64,000 nucleotides of DNA from Limnohabitans sp. (lineage in GTDB: Bacteria; Pseudomonadota; Gammaproteobacteria; Burkholderiales; Burkholderiaceae_C). Below, in pieces: positions 48,405-61,921 of the stretch (its first letter is position 1; each line of letters begins with the position of its first letter). A program made the position numbers and the translations under genes. The stretch lies in contig NZ_JAVKLM010000009.1 of assembly GCF_031539105.1 (NCBI RefSeq), positions 83,387-147,386 of the forward strand, written 5' to 3'. The notes below the pieces were generated by a model. It saw only the letters and a program-made list of their open reading frames with translations. It had not been told where the DNA came from and searched no databases.

Positions 48405-49601
48405 TCAGTAACGTTTGCCGGTCAAAAACACGCCAAAGCGGAGCACTGCCGAGGCAAAGGCATCCACCGTGCGCTCGCGCCAGCCACGGCTGAGGTAAGT
48501 GTGCGGGTCAACGCGGTCAGCGCTGCGCTCCATCGCATCGACCAAACTGGCCTGCAATGCCAGCGCCATCGGCGGGTCGTGCGCCACCACATTGGCCTCA
48601 CGCGCCAGCATCAGGCTGAAGGGGTCAAGGTTGGATGAGCCCACCGTCAGCCACTTGCCATCCACCACCGCCACTTTGGCGTGCAAAAAGCTGGCGTGGT
48701 ATTCGTAAATTTCAACGCCCGCCGTCATCAGCTGGCCATACATCTGGCGTGCAGCGCGGTAGGGCAAGAAGTATTCGTACTTGCCTTGCAGCAGCAAACG
48801 CACACGCACACCACGCCGTGCCGCCATGATCAGCGCACGGCGCAAGCGCAAGCTCGGAAAGAAATACGCATTGGCCACAATGATGTCGTGACGCGCCGCA
48901 CCAATGGCTTTGCGGTAGGTGCGCTCAATGTGCGCACGGTGGCGCACGTTGTCGCGCAGCACCAGTTGGATTTCGCCCCGTGCAGGCAAATGCAAACTCT
49001 GCTTGGCGCCGCGCAGCGCGTCTAGCGCACTGCCCAAATCTTGGCTGCGCAATTCGCGCACCGCCTCGATGCGCGACCACAGCTGCGCCATGGTCGTGCG
49101 CACCGCGCCCACCAGCGGGCCTTGCAGGCTGACGGCATAGTCCAGCCTTGGCGCCTTCAACAAGCCTTGTACATGCGGGTCTAAATAATCGTCCAAGATA
49201 TTGATGCCGCCGCAAAACGCCACCGTGTTGTCCACCACGCACAACTTGCGGTGCAAACGCCGCCAGCGGCTAGGCAACCAAAAGCCAAGGCCTACGGCAG
49301 GCGCAAATACACGCATTTGCACGCCTGCCTGCTCAAACTGCGATGCCCACTCAGCAGACAACTCGCCGGTACCAACGCCATCCACCACCACATGCACCTG
49401 CACGCCACGCGTTGCGGCACGCATCAAAGCGTGCGCCACATCAGCACCCGCACCTGCAAAGTCAAAGATATAGGTTTCTAGCAACACCTCATGTTGCGCA
49501 GCATCCATGGCTGCGACCATGGCCGCAAACAAATCTACACCGCCTGTCAGTAAGCGCATGTTGTGCGAATGTGCATGCGGTCGTTTCAAGGCGCGTCCCA
49601 C
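48405..49601 (-). CDS. clsB: Phospholipase D-family cardiolipin synthase (ClsB-like)
   Basis: Two HKD motifs: HRKLCVVDNTVAFCGGIN and LHAKVAVVDGKWLTVGSSN. The start may be the internal Met at 49559. Confidence 0.88.
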   Translation of the reverse strand: MGRALKRPHAHSHNMRLLTGGVDLFAAMVAAMDAAQHEVLLETYIFDFAGAGADVAHALMRAATRGVQVHVVVDGVGTGELSAEWASQFEQAGVQMRVFAPAVGLGFWLPSRWRRLHRKLCVVDNTVAFCGGINILDDYLDPHVQGLLKAPRLDYAVSLQGPLVGAVRTTMAQLWSRIEAVRELRSQDLGSALDALRGAKQSLHLPARGEIQLVLRDNVRHRAHIERTYRKAIGAARHDIIVANAYFFPSLRLRRALIMAARRGVRVRLLLQGKYEYFLPYRAARQMYGQLMTAGVEIYEYHASFLHAKVAVVDGKWLTVGSSNLDPFSLMLAREANVVAHDPPMALALQASLVDAMERSADRVDPHTYLSRGWRERTVDAFASAVLRFGVFLTGKRY

Positions 49602-50323
49602 GCAAACTCCACCAACAGTGGCAAGTGGTCAGACATGCGGCCCCAAATAGGCCCACGCGGCACCTGCGTGGCCACACGATGTACGCCACGCGCGTAGACA
49701 TGGTCCAGCTGCACCAGTGGCAAGCGCGATGGGTAAGTGGGGTATTGCTTACCCATGTTGGTGTGCAGGCCCACGGTGGCCATCATGCGCAACACAGCGC
49801 TGCCCCAATCGTTGAAGTCACCCGCCACCAGCAGCGGTGTATGGGCAGGCACTTCGCGCTCAATAAAGTCGTGCAGCTGCTGTGTTTGACGCAAGCGGCT
49901 GCCAGGCAACAACCCCAAGTGAATGACGATCACATGCAGTTCGCGCTCTTGCACTTGCAGCGTCACATGCAACAAACCGCGTTGTTCAAGGCGGTGGTCC
50001 GACATATCTTCGTGGCGCTCCTCCAGCACCGGCCAACGGCTGAGCAACGCATTGCCATGCTCGCCGTGTTTGGTGATGGCGTTGGTGCGGTACACCGGCG
50101 TGTAACCCTCGGGTGCCAAAAAGTTGGCTTGGCCTTGATCGGGCCAGTGCTTAAAGCGGCGGGCTTGCTGGCGATTAAACGCACGCACTTCTTGCAGGCA
50201 CACCACATCGGCATCAAACTGCTCCACCGCATGACCGAGGTTATGAATTTCCAAACGACGCGCGGGCCCTAAGCCTTGGACGCCTTTGTGAATGTTGTAA
50301 GTAGCGACTTTGAATGTTTTCAT
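49586..50323 (-). CDS. Endonuclease/exonuclease/phosphatase (EEP) family protein
   Basis: VATYNIHKG, VCLQEV, GDFND, SDHLPL motifs. Arrangement with clsB resembles E. coli ybhP-clsB. Confidence 0.85.
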   Translation of the reverse strand: MKTFKVATYNIHKGVQGLGPARRLEIHNLGHAVEQFDADVVCLQEVRAFNRQQARRFKHWPDQGQANFLAPEGYTPVYRTNAITKHGEHGNALLSRWPVLEERHEDMSDHRLEQRGLLHVTLQVQERELHVIVIHLGLLPGSRLRQTQQLHDFIEREVPAHTPLLVAGDFNDWGSAVLRMMATVGLHTNMGKQYPTYPSRLPLVQLDHVYARGVHRVATQVPRGPIWGRMSDHLPLLVEFAWDAP

Positions 50324-50338
50324 GTTCTGCGCTGAAGT

Positions 50339-51514
50339 GTGCCTGAATGCAGCGAGGCTAAGGAGGCTGGCCTCTATGATGCCGCCATGCTCACACCCCT
50401 AGACAACTTACCTACTTGGCGCGCCGAAAGCGGCGCTGCCGCCCCGCGCCGCGTAGTAGCCGCTGACGACACCATGTCGGCCGACACAGCCTACCGCTTG
50501 GCCTGCGAGGGCACGGGCCTGTTGTGGCGGGGTGACTTTCACAACGCACGCCAACTGCTTCAAGCCTTGGCACGCCGCACCGAGCGCAAGCCTAAAAAAA
50601 GCAAAAAGCCAGAACTCGAAGTTGCGCCCTTGCAAGCCTTCAATGCGCACCGCCAAGCGCTGGGCCAACGCGCACGCATCTTGGCCATGGTCATCGTGCC
50701 CATGGACGGCGACTACACCATTCCTCTGCGCCGCGCACCCGACATGAAGCTGGCCTGCACCGAAGCCTGGGGCCCTGCAAGCGGCGAAGCCTGCATGGTG
50801 TCGATGCGCGAATTGCTAGGTGTGGTGGGCGCACACGAGTGGCGCAAAAACGGTGTCGAAATAGCCGCCTTGGGCGACGCGCCTCACAACCGCATTCACC
50901 CGCACTACGGCGTGTTCTCGCCAGTACGCGGCGAGTATGTGGACCTCGTGGCCAACGCTCCCATCCAAAACAAAGCCCTCGCGTTTGACATTGGCGTGGG
51001 CACGGGCGTGTTGTCGGCCGTGCTGGCCAAGCGCGGGGTGCAACGCATCGTCGCCACCGACCAAGACCCACGCGCCCTCGCCTGCGCGCGCGAGAACTTG
51101 AAGCGTTTGCAACGCATCGACAAAGTAGAACTCGTGCAAACCGATTTATTTCCTGAGGGGCAAGCGCCGCTGATTGTGTGCAACCCACCGTGGGTGCCTG
51201 CCCGCCCCAGCTCGCCCATCGAGCATGCGGTGTACGACGAAGGTAGCCGTATGCTGCGTGGTTTTCTCAGTGGCTTGCGTGCGCACTTGGCACCTGGGGG
51301 CGAAGGCTGGCTCATCTTGTCGGACTTGGCCGAACACTTGGGGCTGCGCAGCAGAGACGAGCTAATGGGTTGGATCAGCGAAGCAAGCTTGCAAGTGCTG
51401 GGCCGCACCGACATCAAGCCGCGTCACGGCAAAGCCACCGACGACACAGACCCACTGCACGACGCGCGTGCCAAAGAAGTTACTTCTTTGTGGCGCCTAG
51501 CAGCTGCCGCTTGA
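50339..51514 (+). CDS. Class I SAM-dependent methyltransferase with NPPW motif (HemK/PrmC-like fold)
   Basis: FDIGVGTGVLSAVLA (motif I) and IVCNPPWVPA (motif IV). N-terminal ~190 aa not recognised. Confidence 0.8.
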   Translation: MPECSEAKEAGLYDAAMLTPLDNLPTWRAESGAAAPRRVVAADDTMSADTAYRLACEGTGLLWRGDFHNARQLLQALARRTERKPKKSKKPELEVAPLQAFNAHRQALGQRARILAMVIVPMDGDYTIPLRRAPDMKLACTEAWGPASGEACMVSMRELLGVVGAHEWRKNGVEIAALGDAPHNRIHPHYGVFSPVRGEYVDLVANAPIQNKALAFDIGVGTGVLSAVLAKRGVQRIVATDQDPRALACARENLKRLQRIDKVELVQTDLFPEGQAPLIVCNPPWVPARPSSPIEHAVYDEGSRMLRGFLSGLRAHLAPGGEGWLILSDLAEHLGLRSRDELMGWISEASLQVLGRTDIKPRHGKATDDTDPLHDARAKEVTSLWRLAAAA

Positions 51515-52571
51515 GCCACGACAACCAGCCAGTTGAAAGAGCGCGACTAGGCTGCTGAATATTCACGGGCTGCTCAGCTGACTGGGTAAGCTGCTGTGCT
51601 TCAGGTGGTGCGACAGGCAGCTGCGTTGGTGCCATCACTTCCACCGACTGCATCACCTCCACAGGCACATCGGTCACCACCGACGGCTGTTGCCAAACTG
51701 GCGCAGCTTCTAGCACCATGTCCATTGGCTCATAAGCCTTGGTTGGCTCGGCTTTGGGCGCTGACGCGTCAGGAAAATCTAAACACTTCAACACAAACTT
51801 ATTCACTGCCGCGTTGAACGGCACAGGGTGCGCTGCCCCCGCCACCTCTAGCACTTTGGCTCTGGGAAATTCGCGTTGCACGTCTTTCACCTGCTGCGCG
51901 GTGCACACGCCTGATTCGCTGCCGTGGATCAAGCGCAACGGGCCTTTGAAATCGCTCAGCAAATGGCCAAACTTCATGCCCTTCCAGTCTTTGCGGTACG
52001 ACAAGTCAAAGTGCGAAGGCGACTGCACCGCCAGCACCGCACCCAAGCTCACGTTGAACTTGACAGCCATCTCTTCTGGCGTAGGCAAGCGGCCAAATTT
52101 TTTCAAGCCGTCGTACAAGCCGTAAATCGACATCCACGGCAAGTCCAAACCAATGTCGTTCAAGTACAAACCGCTCACTTGGTTGTGCGTGTCGCAGGCC
52201 AGGTACATGCCCAAGATGCCACCCATGCTGGTGCCCAACACCTCAATGCGTGGCACGGGCTTGCCCTCGGGCATCAGCTCGGCGCGAATGAAATGCTCAA
52301 TGTCTTCTAAATACACCTGCATGGTGTAGCCCTTGTCACCAGGCAAGAGGCTAGAGTCGCCACGCCCGCACAAATCAAGGCTCACCACGCGCAGGCCATG
52401 CACGCCCTCGGCGTCTTGCAACAGCGAATCAAAGGTGGCACGGGTTTCTAACAAGCCCGGCAAACACAGCAACACATGTGGGCTATTGGCCGCACCTATC
52501 GTGCTGTAGGCCAAATGACGGTGAGCCTTGGGCAGATGAAATTGGAGCGCAGGAAATTTTGAGATGGTCAT
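51480..52571 (-). CDS. Alpha/beta hydrolase with low-complexity C-terminal extension
   Basis: Nucleophile elbow GTSMGG and LLCLPGLL near the N-terminus. Start set at MTISKF. C-terminal ~90 aa are Pro/Gln/Val-rich. Overlaps the methyltransferase 3' end convergently. Confidence 0.8.
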   Translation of the reverse strand: MTISKFPALQFHLPKAHRHLAYSTIGAANSPHVLLCLPGLLETRATFDSLLQDAEGVHGLRVVSLDLCGRGDSSLLPGDKGYTMQVYLEDIEHFIRAELMPEGKPVPRIEVLGTSMGGILGMYLACDTHNQVSGLYLNDIGLDLPWMSIYGLYDGLKKFGRLPTPEEMAVKFNVSLGAVLAVQSPSHFDLSYRKDWKGMKFGHLLSDFKGPLRLIHGSESGVCTAQQVKDVQREFPRAKVLEVAGAAHPVPFNAAVNKFVLKCLDFPDASAPKAEPTKAYEPMDMVLEAAPVWQQPSVVTDVPVEVMQSVEVMAPTQLPVAPPEAQQLTQSAEQPVNIQQPSRALSTGWLSWLKRQLLGATKK

Positions 52572-52661
52572 AACTGTGAAGCATCCTAGTTCATGGCTAT
52601 GAAAGAACTGCAACCACCTGGGCATGACAATCTAAGGCAGCGCGTTCACCACGATGACACC

Positions 52662-55241
<2,580 letters not shown>

Positions 55242-55320
55242 TAGGAACAAGCATCACGCCGTGGGCGATATTTGCCCAAGAATGAAAATTGAGTTTTTTG
55301 TGTTCGGCAGCACACAGACA

Positions 55321-55342
55321 AACGCCACCCGAAGGTGGCGTT
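55321..55342 (-). terminator. Stable 9-bp hairpin with TTCG tetraloop downstream of aspS (probable terminator or 3' stabiliser)
   Basis: Minus strand AACGCCACC-TTCG-GGTGGCGTT followed by TGTCTGTGTG, so the U-tract is weak. Confidence 0.45.
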
Positions 55343-55378
55343 GACGAAGCGGCTTGCGACGCGAAGCGCTACAAAAAA

Positions 55379-57193
55379 TTAAGCAGTTTTGGGTGCATCC
55401 AGATTGCGCAAGCGAATGTGCAATTCGCGCAATTGCTTTTCGTCCACAGGGCTCGGTGCTTGGGTGAGCAAACACTGAGCGCGTTGTGTCTTGGGGAAAG
55501 CAATCACGTCGCGGATGGATTCAGCACCGGTCATCAACGTGACGATGCGGTCCAAACCAAAGGCCAAACCGCCGTGTGGCGGCGCGCCGTATTGCAGCGC
55601 GTCGAGCAAGAAGCCGAACTTGAGCTGGGCTTCTTCGGGCGTGATCTTCAAAGCGTCAAACACTTTTTGTTGCACGTCAGCGCGGTGAATACGCACCGAG
55701 CCGCCGCCCATTTCCCAGCCGTTCAACACCATGTCGTAGCCCTTGGAGATGCACTTCTCGGGGGCGGTGACCATCCAGTCTTCGTGGCCGTCTTTGGGCG
55801 CGGTGAAGGGGTGGTGCACAGCGGTGTAGCGCTGGCTTTCGTCGTCGAACTCGAACATCGGGAAGTCGACCACCCACATCGGCGCCCAACGGTTTTCGAA
55901 CAAACCGTTTTTCTTACCGAACTCGCTGTGGCCAATCTTGATGCGCAACGCACCGATGGCGTCGTTCACGATCTTGGCTTTGTCTGCGCCGAAGAAAATC
56001 AAATCGCCGTCTTGTGCACCTGTGCGCTCGAGCACGGCAGCCAAAGCTGCATCGTGGATGTTTTTCACGATGGGGCTTTGCAGACCATCACGACCTTTGG
56101 CCAACTCATTCACGCGGATGTAGGCCAAGCCCTTGGCGCCGTAAATCTTGACGAACTCGGTGTAGGCGTCAATCTCGCCACGGCTGATACCGCCGCCTTC
56201 AACCGATCCGTTGGGCACGCGCAGGGCCACCACACGGCCGCCCTTCATATTGGCAGCGCCTGAGAACACTTTGAAGTCCACATCGCCCATGACGTCGGTC
56301 AGTTCGGTGAACTGCAATTTCACGCGAAGGTCTGGCTTGTCTGAGCCATAGATGTGCATGGCGTCTTGGTAGGTCATGACAGGGAATTCGCCCAAGTCCA
56401 CGCCGATGGTGTTGGTGAACACCCGCTTGATCATGCCTTGGAACATGTCGCGGATTTCTTCCTCGCTCAAGAACGAGGTTTCGATATCAATCTGGGTAAA
56501 TTCAGGCTGACGGTCAGCGCGCAAGTCTTCGTCGCGGAAGCACTTGGTGATTTGGTAGTAACGGTCGTAGCCTGCCACCATCAACAACTGTTTGAACAAC
56601 TGAGGTGACTGGGGCAACGCAAAGAAGTGACCATCGTGTACGCGGCTAGGCACGAGGTAATCGCGCGCGCCTTCGGGTGTGCTCTTGGTGAGCATCGGTG
56701 TTTCGATGTCGACAAAACCGTTTTCGTCCAAGTACTTGCGCACTTCCATCGACACTTTGTAGCGCAGCATCAGGTTGTTTTGCATGTACGGGCGACGCAG
56801 GTCGAGCACACGGTGTGTGAGGCGCGTGGTCTCAGACAAGTTGTCGTCATCAATTTGGAACGGAGGCGTGACGGACTCGTTCAACACGATGAGTTCGTGG
56901 CACAGCACTTCTATCTTGCCGCTCTTCAAACCTTCGTTGGTCGTGCCATCTGGACGGGCGCGCACCAAGCCTTTGACTTGGATACAAAACTCATTGCGCA
57001 CGTTCTCGGCCACGTTGAACATGTCAGCGCGGTCTGGGTCGCACACCACTTGGACGTAGCCTTCGCGGTCACGCAAGTCAATGAAAATCACGCCGCCGTG
57101 GTCACGGCGACGGTTGACCCAGCCGCACAGGCTCACGGTTTCGCCAATCAAAGCTTCGGTCACCAGACCGCAATAGTGGGAACGCATTGCCAT
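55379..57193 (-). CDS. aspS: Aspartyl-tRNA synthetase
   Basis: 604 aa. OB-fold N-terminus (RSHYCG...[19 protein letters not shown]), [27 protein letters not shown]. Confidence 0.97.
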   Translation of the reverse strand: MAMRSHYCGLVTEALIGETVSLCGWVNRRRDHGGVIFIDLRDREGYVQVVCDPDRADMFNVAENVRNEFCIQVKGLVRARPDGTTNEGLKSGKIEVLCHELIVLNESVTPPFQIDDDNLSETTRLTHRVLDLRRPYMQNNLMLRYKVSMEVRKYLDENGFVDIETPMLTKSTPEGARDYLVPSRVHDGHFFALPQSPQLFKQLLMVAGYDRYYQITKCFRDEDLRADRQPEFTQIDIETSFLSEEEIRDMFQGMIKRVFTNTIGVDLGEFPVMTYQDAMHIYGSDKPDLRVKLQFTELTDVMGDVDFKVFSGAANMKGGRVVALRVPNGSVEGGGISRGEIDAYTEFVKIYGAKGLAYIRVNELAKGRDGLQSPIVKNIHDAALAAVLERTGAQDGDLIFFGADKAKIVNDAIGALRIKIGHSEFGKKNGLFENRWAPMWVVDFPMFEFDDESQRYTAVHHPFTAPKDGHEDWMVTAPEKCISKGYDMVLNGWEMGGGSVRIHRADVQQKVFDALKITPEEAQLKFGFLLDALQYGAPPHGGLAFGLDRIVTLMTGAESIRDVIAFPKTQRAQCLLTQAPSPVDEKQLRELHIRLRNLDAPKTA

Positions 57194-57195
57194 TT

Positions 57196-57831
57196 TTATT
57201 TTCTCTTTTCGTTGAGTGCTGGGGCGCTAGGAGACACAGCGCCCATGGAGATGACATACGTCAGCGCTTCGTCGACGCTCAAATCGAGCTCGATGACATC
57301 GCTGCGTGGCACCAGCAAAAAAAATCCGCTGGTGGGGTTGGGGGTGGTAGGCACATACACGCTCAGGTGTTCGCCCGTCAATTTGCTGGCCACTTCGCCT
57401 ACGGGCGTGCCGGTTTGAAACGCGATGGTCCACATGCCTGCGTGCGGGTATTGCACCAACAAGGCTTGGCGAAACGCATTGCCGCTACTGGAGAACAAGG
57501 TGTCAGACACCTTCTTCACGCTGGCGTAAATTGACTTGACGATGGGGATGTTGGTGAACAACTTGTCCCACTGACGCACCAGCCATTTACCCAACACATT
57601 GGAAGCCAATGCGCCGGTGACCAGCAGCACCAGCAACACCAAGATCACGCCCAAGCCCGTCATGTCACGCATGGACGTTACCGTGTCTTGCGACACCAAG
57701 GGACGGAACTTGGAGAGGGTGTCGATGAAGATGCCATCCATGATGCCCACGAGCCATGTGAGCACCCAGACCGTGATGGCCAAAGGCGTCCAGACCAAGA
57801 GGCCTGCGAGCAGGTATTTTTTAATCGGCAT
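57196..57831 (-). CDS. DUF502 family membrane protein
   Basis: [22 protein letters not shown]...PIVKSIY...TPNPTSGF pattern. Confidence 0.85.
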   Translation of the reverse strand: MPIKKYLLAGLLVWTPLAITVWVLTWLVGIMDGIFIDTLSKFRPLVSQDTVTSMRDMTGLGVILVLLVLLVTGALASNVLGKWLVRQWDKLFTNIPIVKSIYASVKKVSDTLFSSSGNAFRQALLVQYPHAGMWTIAFQTGTPVGEVASKLTGEHLSVYVPTTPNPTSGFFLLVPRSDVIELDLSVDEALTYVISMGAVSPSAPALNEKRK

Positions 57832-57855
57832 GCGGTGCTTTGTGGTTTTGAAAAA

Positions 57856-58194
57856 TCAGTGGCACGCGCAGCCCGTGGCGCAACCGCCCGAAGCGGTTGG
57901 CGTGGCGGGGCTGCTAGAGGCGGTGTCGGTGCTGCTGGCGGCAGGGCTGTCGCTGGTCGTCGAAGCGGCGGCTGTGCCCGCAGCTGCTGCGGGGGCAGAG
58001 GTGCCGCCCGTGCCGCCCTTGAAATCGGTGGCGTACCAACCCGAGCCTTTGAGCTGAAAGCCCGCAGCGGTGAGTTGTTTGGAAAATGTGGGCTTGCCGC
58101 ACTCAGGGCAATCTGTCAGCGGTGCATCCGCAATTTTTTGCAAGACGTCCTTGGCATGGCCGCAGGAACCGCATTTGTAGGCGTAAATTGGCAT
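57856..58194 (-). CDS. FmdB-family zinc-ribbon protein
   Basis: MPIYAYKCGSCGH...CPECG, then a Gly/Ala/Ser/Thr-rich linker and a Cys-rich C-terminus (GGCATGCACH). Start at the internal ATG. Confidence 0.8.
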   Translation of the reverse strand: MPIYAYKCGSCGHAKDVLQKIADAPLTDCPECGKPTFSKQLTAAGFQLKGSGWYATDFKGGTGGTSAPAAAAGTAAASTTSDSPAASSTDTASSSPATPTASGGCATGCACH

Positions 58195-58260
58195 GGCGAG
58201 GAGGGTTCGGTAAAACCCTGAATTATAGGCGCCCAACCCCTATTTCAAGGGCTGAGTTGG

Positions 58261-59706
58261 TCAGGCCAAGCCCACCAGCTTGTGGTGGGCGCTGTGGGCG
58301 TTGCGAATGGCTTGCGGCCCCAAAGAGCCCAGCACCATGCCCGTCAAACTGGCCAACACGCCCGCCAACTGGGCCGGGAACTCGTCGCCTGCGGGTGTGG
58401 CCAAGAACAGCCCCCAAGTCAGCAAACCCAAAGCCAGAGCAAAAATAGCGCCCTGTGTGGTGGCACGCTTCCAATACAGGCCAAAGGTCAGCGGCACAAA
58501 GGCACCCACCAAGGGCACCTGATACGCGCCCGACACCATTTCGTAAATCGACGTGCCCTGCATGCGAATGGCGTAGCCCAGCACCAGCATGCTGAACACC
58601 AACACCGTCACGCGCATGGCACGCAACTCTTGCTGGTCGCTTTGGTGAGGAAAGAACTGACGCCAAATGTTTTCGGTAAACGTCACGCTAGGCGCCAGCA
58701 AGGTGGCCGAGGCACAGGACTTGATGGCCGAGAGTAAGGCGCCAAAAAACAGCACTTGCATGACAAACGGCATTTGCGTCATCACCAAAGTGGGCAAGAC
58801 TTTTTGTGGGTCATCGGCAATCAAGGTCGTGGCCTGCTCGGGCATGATGATCATGGCACTGACCACTAAAAACATGGGCACAAACGCAAACAAGATGTAG
58901 CACACGCCACCAATCACAGGTCCATGCGTGGCAGCCTTAATGCTGTTGGCCGACATGACGCGCTGAAACACGTCTTGCTGCGGAATGGACCCCAACATGA
59001 TGGTGATGGCCGAGGCAAAGAAAAACAAAACGTCTTTGGTGTTGGGTTCGGGCCAAAACTTGAACATGTCTTGGCTGATCGCCAGCGCCAGTACCTTGTC
59101 CGCACCACCGGCCTGCCCTGCGGCAAAGAAAGCCAAGATAGAAAGGCCCACCACCAAAATGATCATCTGAATGAAGTCGGTGATGGCCACTGACCACATG
59201 CCACCAAACAAGGTGTAGGCCAAGATCGACACCACGCCAATGACCATGCCCAGCTCCATGCTGACCACGCCATCAGACAGCAGGTTGAACACCAAGCCCA
59301 AAGCCGTGACCTGCGCCGACACCCAGCCAAGATAGCTGACCATGATGATGAGCGAGCACACCACCTCCACCACGCGGCCATAGCGCTCGCGAAAGTAGTC
59401 GCTGATGGTGAGCAGCGTCATGCGGTAGAGCTTGCCTGCGAAGAACAGACCTACAAAGATGAGGCAAAAGCCCGCGCCGAAGGGGTCTTCCACCACGCCG
59501 TGCAAGCCACCGTTCACAAACTTGGCAGGAATGCCCAACACGGTTTCAGAACCAAACCACGTCGCAAACGTGGTGGTGATGACCATGGCCATGGGCAGGT
59601 GGCGACCAGCAATGGCAAAGTCAGCCGAGTTTTGAACGCGCTTGGCCGCCATCAAACCAATGGCGATGGTGACCAGCAAATAGACGATGACGAGTGTGAG
59701 CAGCAC
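58261..59706 (-). CDS. Sodium:solute symporter (SSS) family transporter
   Basis: 481 aa, ~13 hydrophobic segments, N-terminal GRHLPMAMVITTTFATWFGSETVLG pattern. Confidence 0.88.
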   Translation of the reverse strand: MLLTLVIVYLLVTIAIGLMAAKRVQNSADFAIAGRHLPMAMVITTTFATWFGSETVLGIPAKFVNGGLHGVVEDPFGAGFCLIFVGLFFAGKLYRMTLLTISDYFRERYGRVVEVVCSLIIMVSYLGWVSAQVTALGLVFNLLSDGVVSMELGMVIGVVSILAYTLFGGMWSVAITDFIQMIILVVGLSILAFFAAGQAGGADKVLALAISQDMFKFWPEPNTKDVLFFFASAITIMLGSIPQQDVFQRVMSANSIKAATHGPVIGGVCYILFAFVPMFLVVSAMIIMPEQATTLIADDPQKVLPTLVMTQMPFVMQVLFFGALLSAIKSCASATLLAPSVTFTENIWRQFFPHQSDQQELRAMRVTVLVFSMLVLGYAIRMQGTSIYEMVSGAYQVPLVGAFVPLTFGLYWKRATTQGAIFALALGLLTWGLFLATPAGDEFPAQLAGVLASLTGMVLGSLGPQAIRNAHSAHHKLVGLA

Positions 59707-59726
59707 GGGTCAACTCCGCAAAGGGG

Positions 59727-61298
59727 TTAAAAAATGTGGTGCAAGCGCACAAACACTTGCATGGCAACGAGACCACCCAAGAAGCCACCGCCCACCCACA
59801 TGAGACGTTGCAACATGCGGTTGGTACGGCGTTGCTCTTCGATGAGCTGTTGCAACTGGGCGTTGTCGTTGTTTTGGCGATGCTTCAAAAAGTCATGCAC
59901 CAAGCGTGGCAACTCGGGCAAGAGCTTGGCGTAGCGCGGGGCTTCGGCTACCAGCTGCTTCCATAGCTTTTTGGGGCCGACTTGGTCGAGCATCCACGTT
60001 TCCAAAAACGGTTTGGCGGTGTTCCACAAATCCAGATCCGGATCGAGCTGGCGACCTAGGCCTTCGATGTTGAGCAGCGTTTTTTGCAGCAACACGAGTT
60101 GCGGCTGAATCTCAACATTGAAGCGGCGCGAGGTTTGGAACAAGCGCATGAGCACCATGCCAAGTGAAATTTCTTTCAGCGGACGGTCAAAGTACGGCTC
60201 GCAAACGGCTCGCACCGCTGACTCTAATTCGTCCACACGCGTGTCAGCGGGCACCCAGCCCGACTCCACATGCAGCTCGGCCACGCGCTTGTAGTCGCGG
60301 CGGAAGAAGGCCGTGAAGTTTTGCGCCAAATACTCTTTGTCGTGCTCGGTGAGCGTGCCCACGATGCCAAAGTCCAGCGAGATGTAGCGGCCAAAAGTGG
60401 CTGGATCGAGGCTGACTTGGATGTTGCCCGGATGCATATCGGCATGAAAAAAACCATCGCGAAACACTTGCGTGAAGAAGATGGTCACGCCGTCGCGTGC
60501 GAGCTTAGAAATATCCACACCTGCCGCACGCAAACGGTCCACTTGGCTGATGGGCACGCCCTTCATGCGCTCCATCACAATCACGTCGTCGCGGCAGAAG
60601 TCCCAAATCATCTCGGGAATCAACACCAAGTTGAGGCCCTCCATGTTGCGGCGAAGTTGCGCGGCATTAGAGGCCTCGCGCATGAAGTCGAGTTCGTCGT
60701 GGAGGTATTTGTCAAACTCGGCCACCACTTCGCGGGGCTTCAGGCGTTTGCCATCGGCAGAGAGACGATCCACCCAGCCGGCCATCATGCGCATGAGGCT
60801 CAGATCTTTGTCGATCACGGTCAACATGCCAGGGCGCAACACCTTGACGGCCACTTCACGGATCACGCCGCTGCGGTCTTGGATGACGGCAAAGTGCACC
60901 TGTGCAATGGACGCGCTGGCCACAGGTTGGTGCGTGAACTCGACAAAAATCTCATTCAACGGACGACCAAACGCACGCTCAATGGTGCCCACGGCAACGG
61001 CAGACGAGAAAGGCGGCACGCGGTCTTGCAAAAAGGCCAACTCATCGGCGATGTCTGGCGGCAGCAAATCGCGGCGGGTAGATAACACTTGGCCGAACTT
61101 CACAAAGATGGGGCCCAGGTGCTCTAACGCTTCACGCAAACGCTGACCGCGCGGTGCAGACAAATCGCGGCCCACCGACACAATACGGGCCAACAATCGC
61201 AAGCCCGGCTTTTGGAAACTGGTGAGCACCAGCTCGTCCAAGCCGTAACGCAAAACGATGAGAACGATGTAAATACCACGCAGCAAACGGGTCATCAT
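59727..61298 (-). CDS. ubiB: Ubiquinone biosynthesis regulatory kinase-like protein UbiB
   Basis: ABC1/UbiB family: [39 protein letters not shown]-terminal TM helices. Confidence 0.95.
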   Translation of the reverse strand: MMTRLLRGIYIVLIVLRYGLDELVLTSFQKPGLRLLARIVSVGRDLSAPRGQRLREALEHLGPIFVKFGQVLSTRRDLLPPDIADELAFLQDRVPPFSSAVAVGTIERAFGRPLNEIFVEFTHQPVASASIAQVHFAVIQDRSGVIREVAVKVLRPGMLTVIDKDLSLMRMMAGWVDRLSADGKRLKPREVVAEFDKYLHDELDFMREASNAAQLRRNMEGLNLVLIPEMIWDFCRDDVIVMERMKGVPISQVDRLRAAGVDISKLARDGVTIFFTQVFRDGFFHADMHPGNIQVSLDPATFGRYISLDFGIVGTLTEHDKEYLAQNFTAFFRRDYKRVAELHVESGWVPADTRVDELESAVRAVCEPYFDRPLKEISLGMVLMRLFQTSRRFNVEIQPQLVLLQKTLLNIEGLGRQLDPDLDLWNTAKPFLETWMLDQVGPKKLWKQLVAEAPRYAKLLPELPRLVHDFLKHRQNNDNAQLQQLIEEQRRTNRMLQRLMWVGGGFLGGLVAMQVFVRLHHIF

Positions 61299-61873
61299 GG
61301 CGCGGCCTTTTTGCTTTGTTGTTGCACAAAGCTGCGCAGGGCATCAACCGCACGCTTGGCGGTTTGCACCAAGGTGTGAGCGGGAGCGTCACCAATGAGT
61401 CGGGCCATATCTTCTTCGGGGTCCCAACGCACATGATCGATCAGCCAATTGACTTCAGCGGCCAACTGCACATCGCCTTCGATGCGAATGGCGGGCTTCT
61501 CGCCTTGCAACACGGTCTTGACCAACTCAAACGGTGAAGGCTCGTTCACACGCAGCACGAGGTCGGCAGTTTTGGTGCTGACATCAGGGCTGATGAACTC
61601 AATCAAACCTGCTGGGGTGAAGGCGCATTGAAACACTTGATCGCGCCAGCACACCTGCACTTGTCGGCCACGTTGGCGTTGCAAGCGGTCGCGTGCGGCG
61701 GGCTCTTGCATGAGCACGTGGTTCAACAAAAGGACCACGCGCTGCTGCACTTCCGCTACCGCCCATGGAGGTGGGGCGAAGGATTGCGGAAAATCTGCGG
61801 GGAGTTTGGCGCGCAACGTGTCTGCTGCATCGGCCAACCAAGAAAAAGGGGACTGTGTTGCCATAGTCCCCAA
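61295..61873 (-). CDS. ubiJ: SCP2-domain ubiquinone biosynthesis accessory factor (UbiJ-like)
   Basis: 192 aa located between the Tim44-like gene and ubiB, with a 4-nt overlap with ubiB. SCP2-like central region. Confidence 0.7.
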   Translation of the reverse strand: MGTMATQSPFSWLADAADTLRAKLPADFPQSFAPPPWAVAEVQQRVVLLLNHVLMQEPAARDRLQRQRGRQVQVCWRDQVFQCAFTPAGLIEFISPDVSTKTADLVLRVNEPSPFELVKTVLQGEKPAIRIEGDVQLAAEVNWLIDHVRWDPEEDMARLIGDAPAHTLVQTAKRAVDALRSFVQQQSKKAAP

Positions 61874-61921
61874 TTATTCCTTGTTTGGGCGCTCTTCTCG
61901 GTGCGCCCTGATTTATCCGGT

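Noticed and set aside
55289-56263. 324-aa plus-strand ORF opposite aspS. Similar long antisense ORFs occur at 49343-50272, 10315-11040, 10935-11759, 12926-13624, 29352-30173 and 60270-61085.
   Set aside because: All are antisense to confidently identified housekeeping genes and lack motifs. They are artefacts of high G+C third-position bias.
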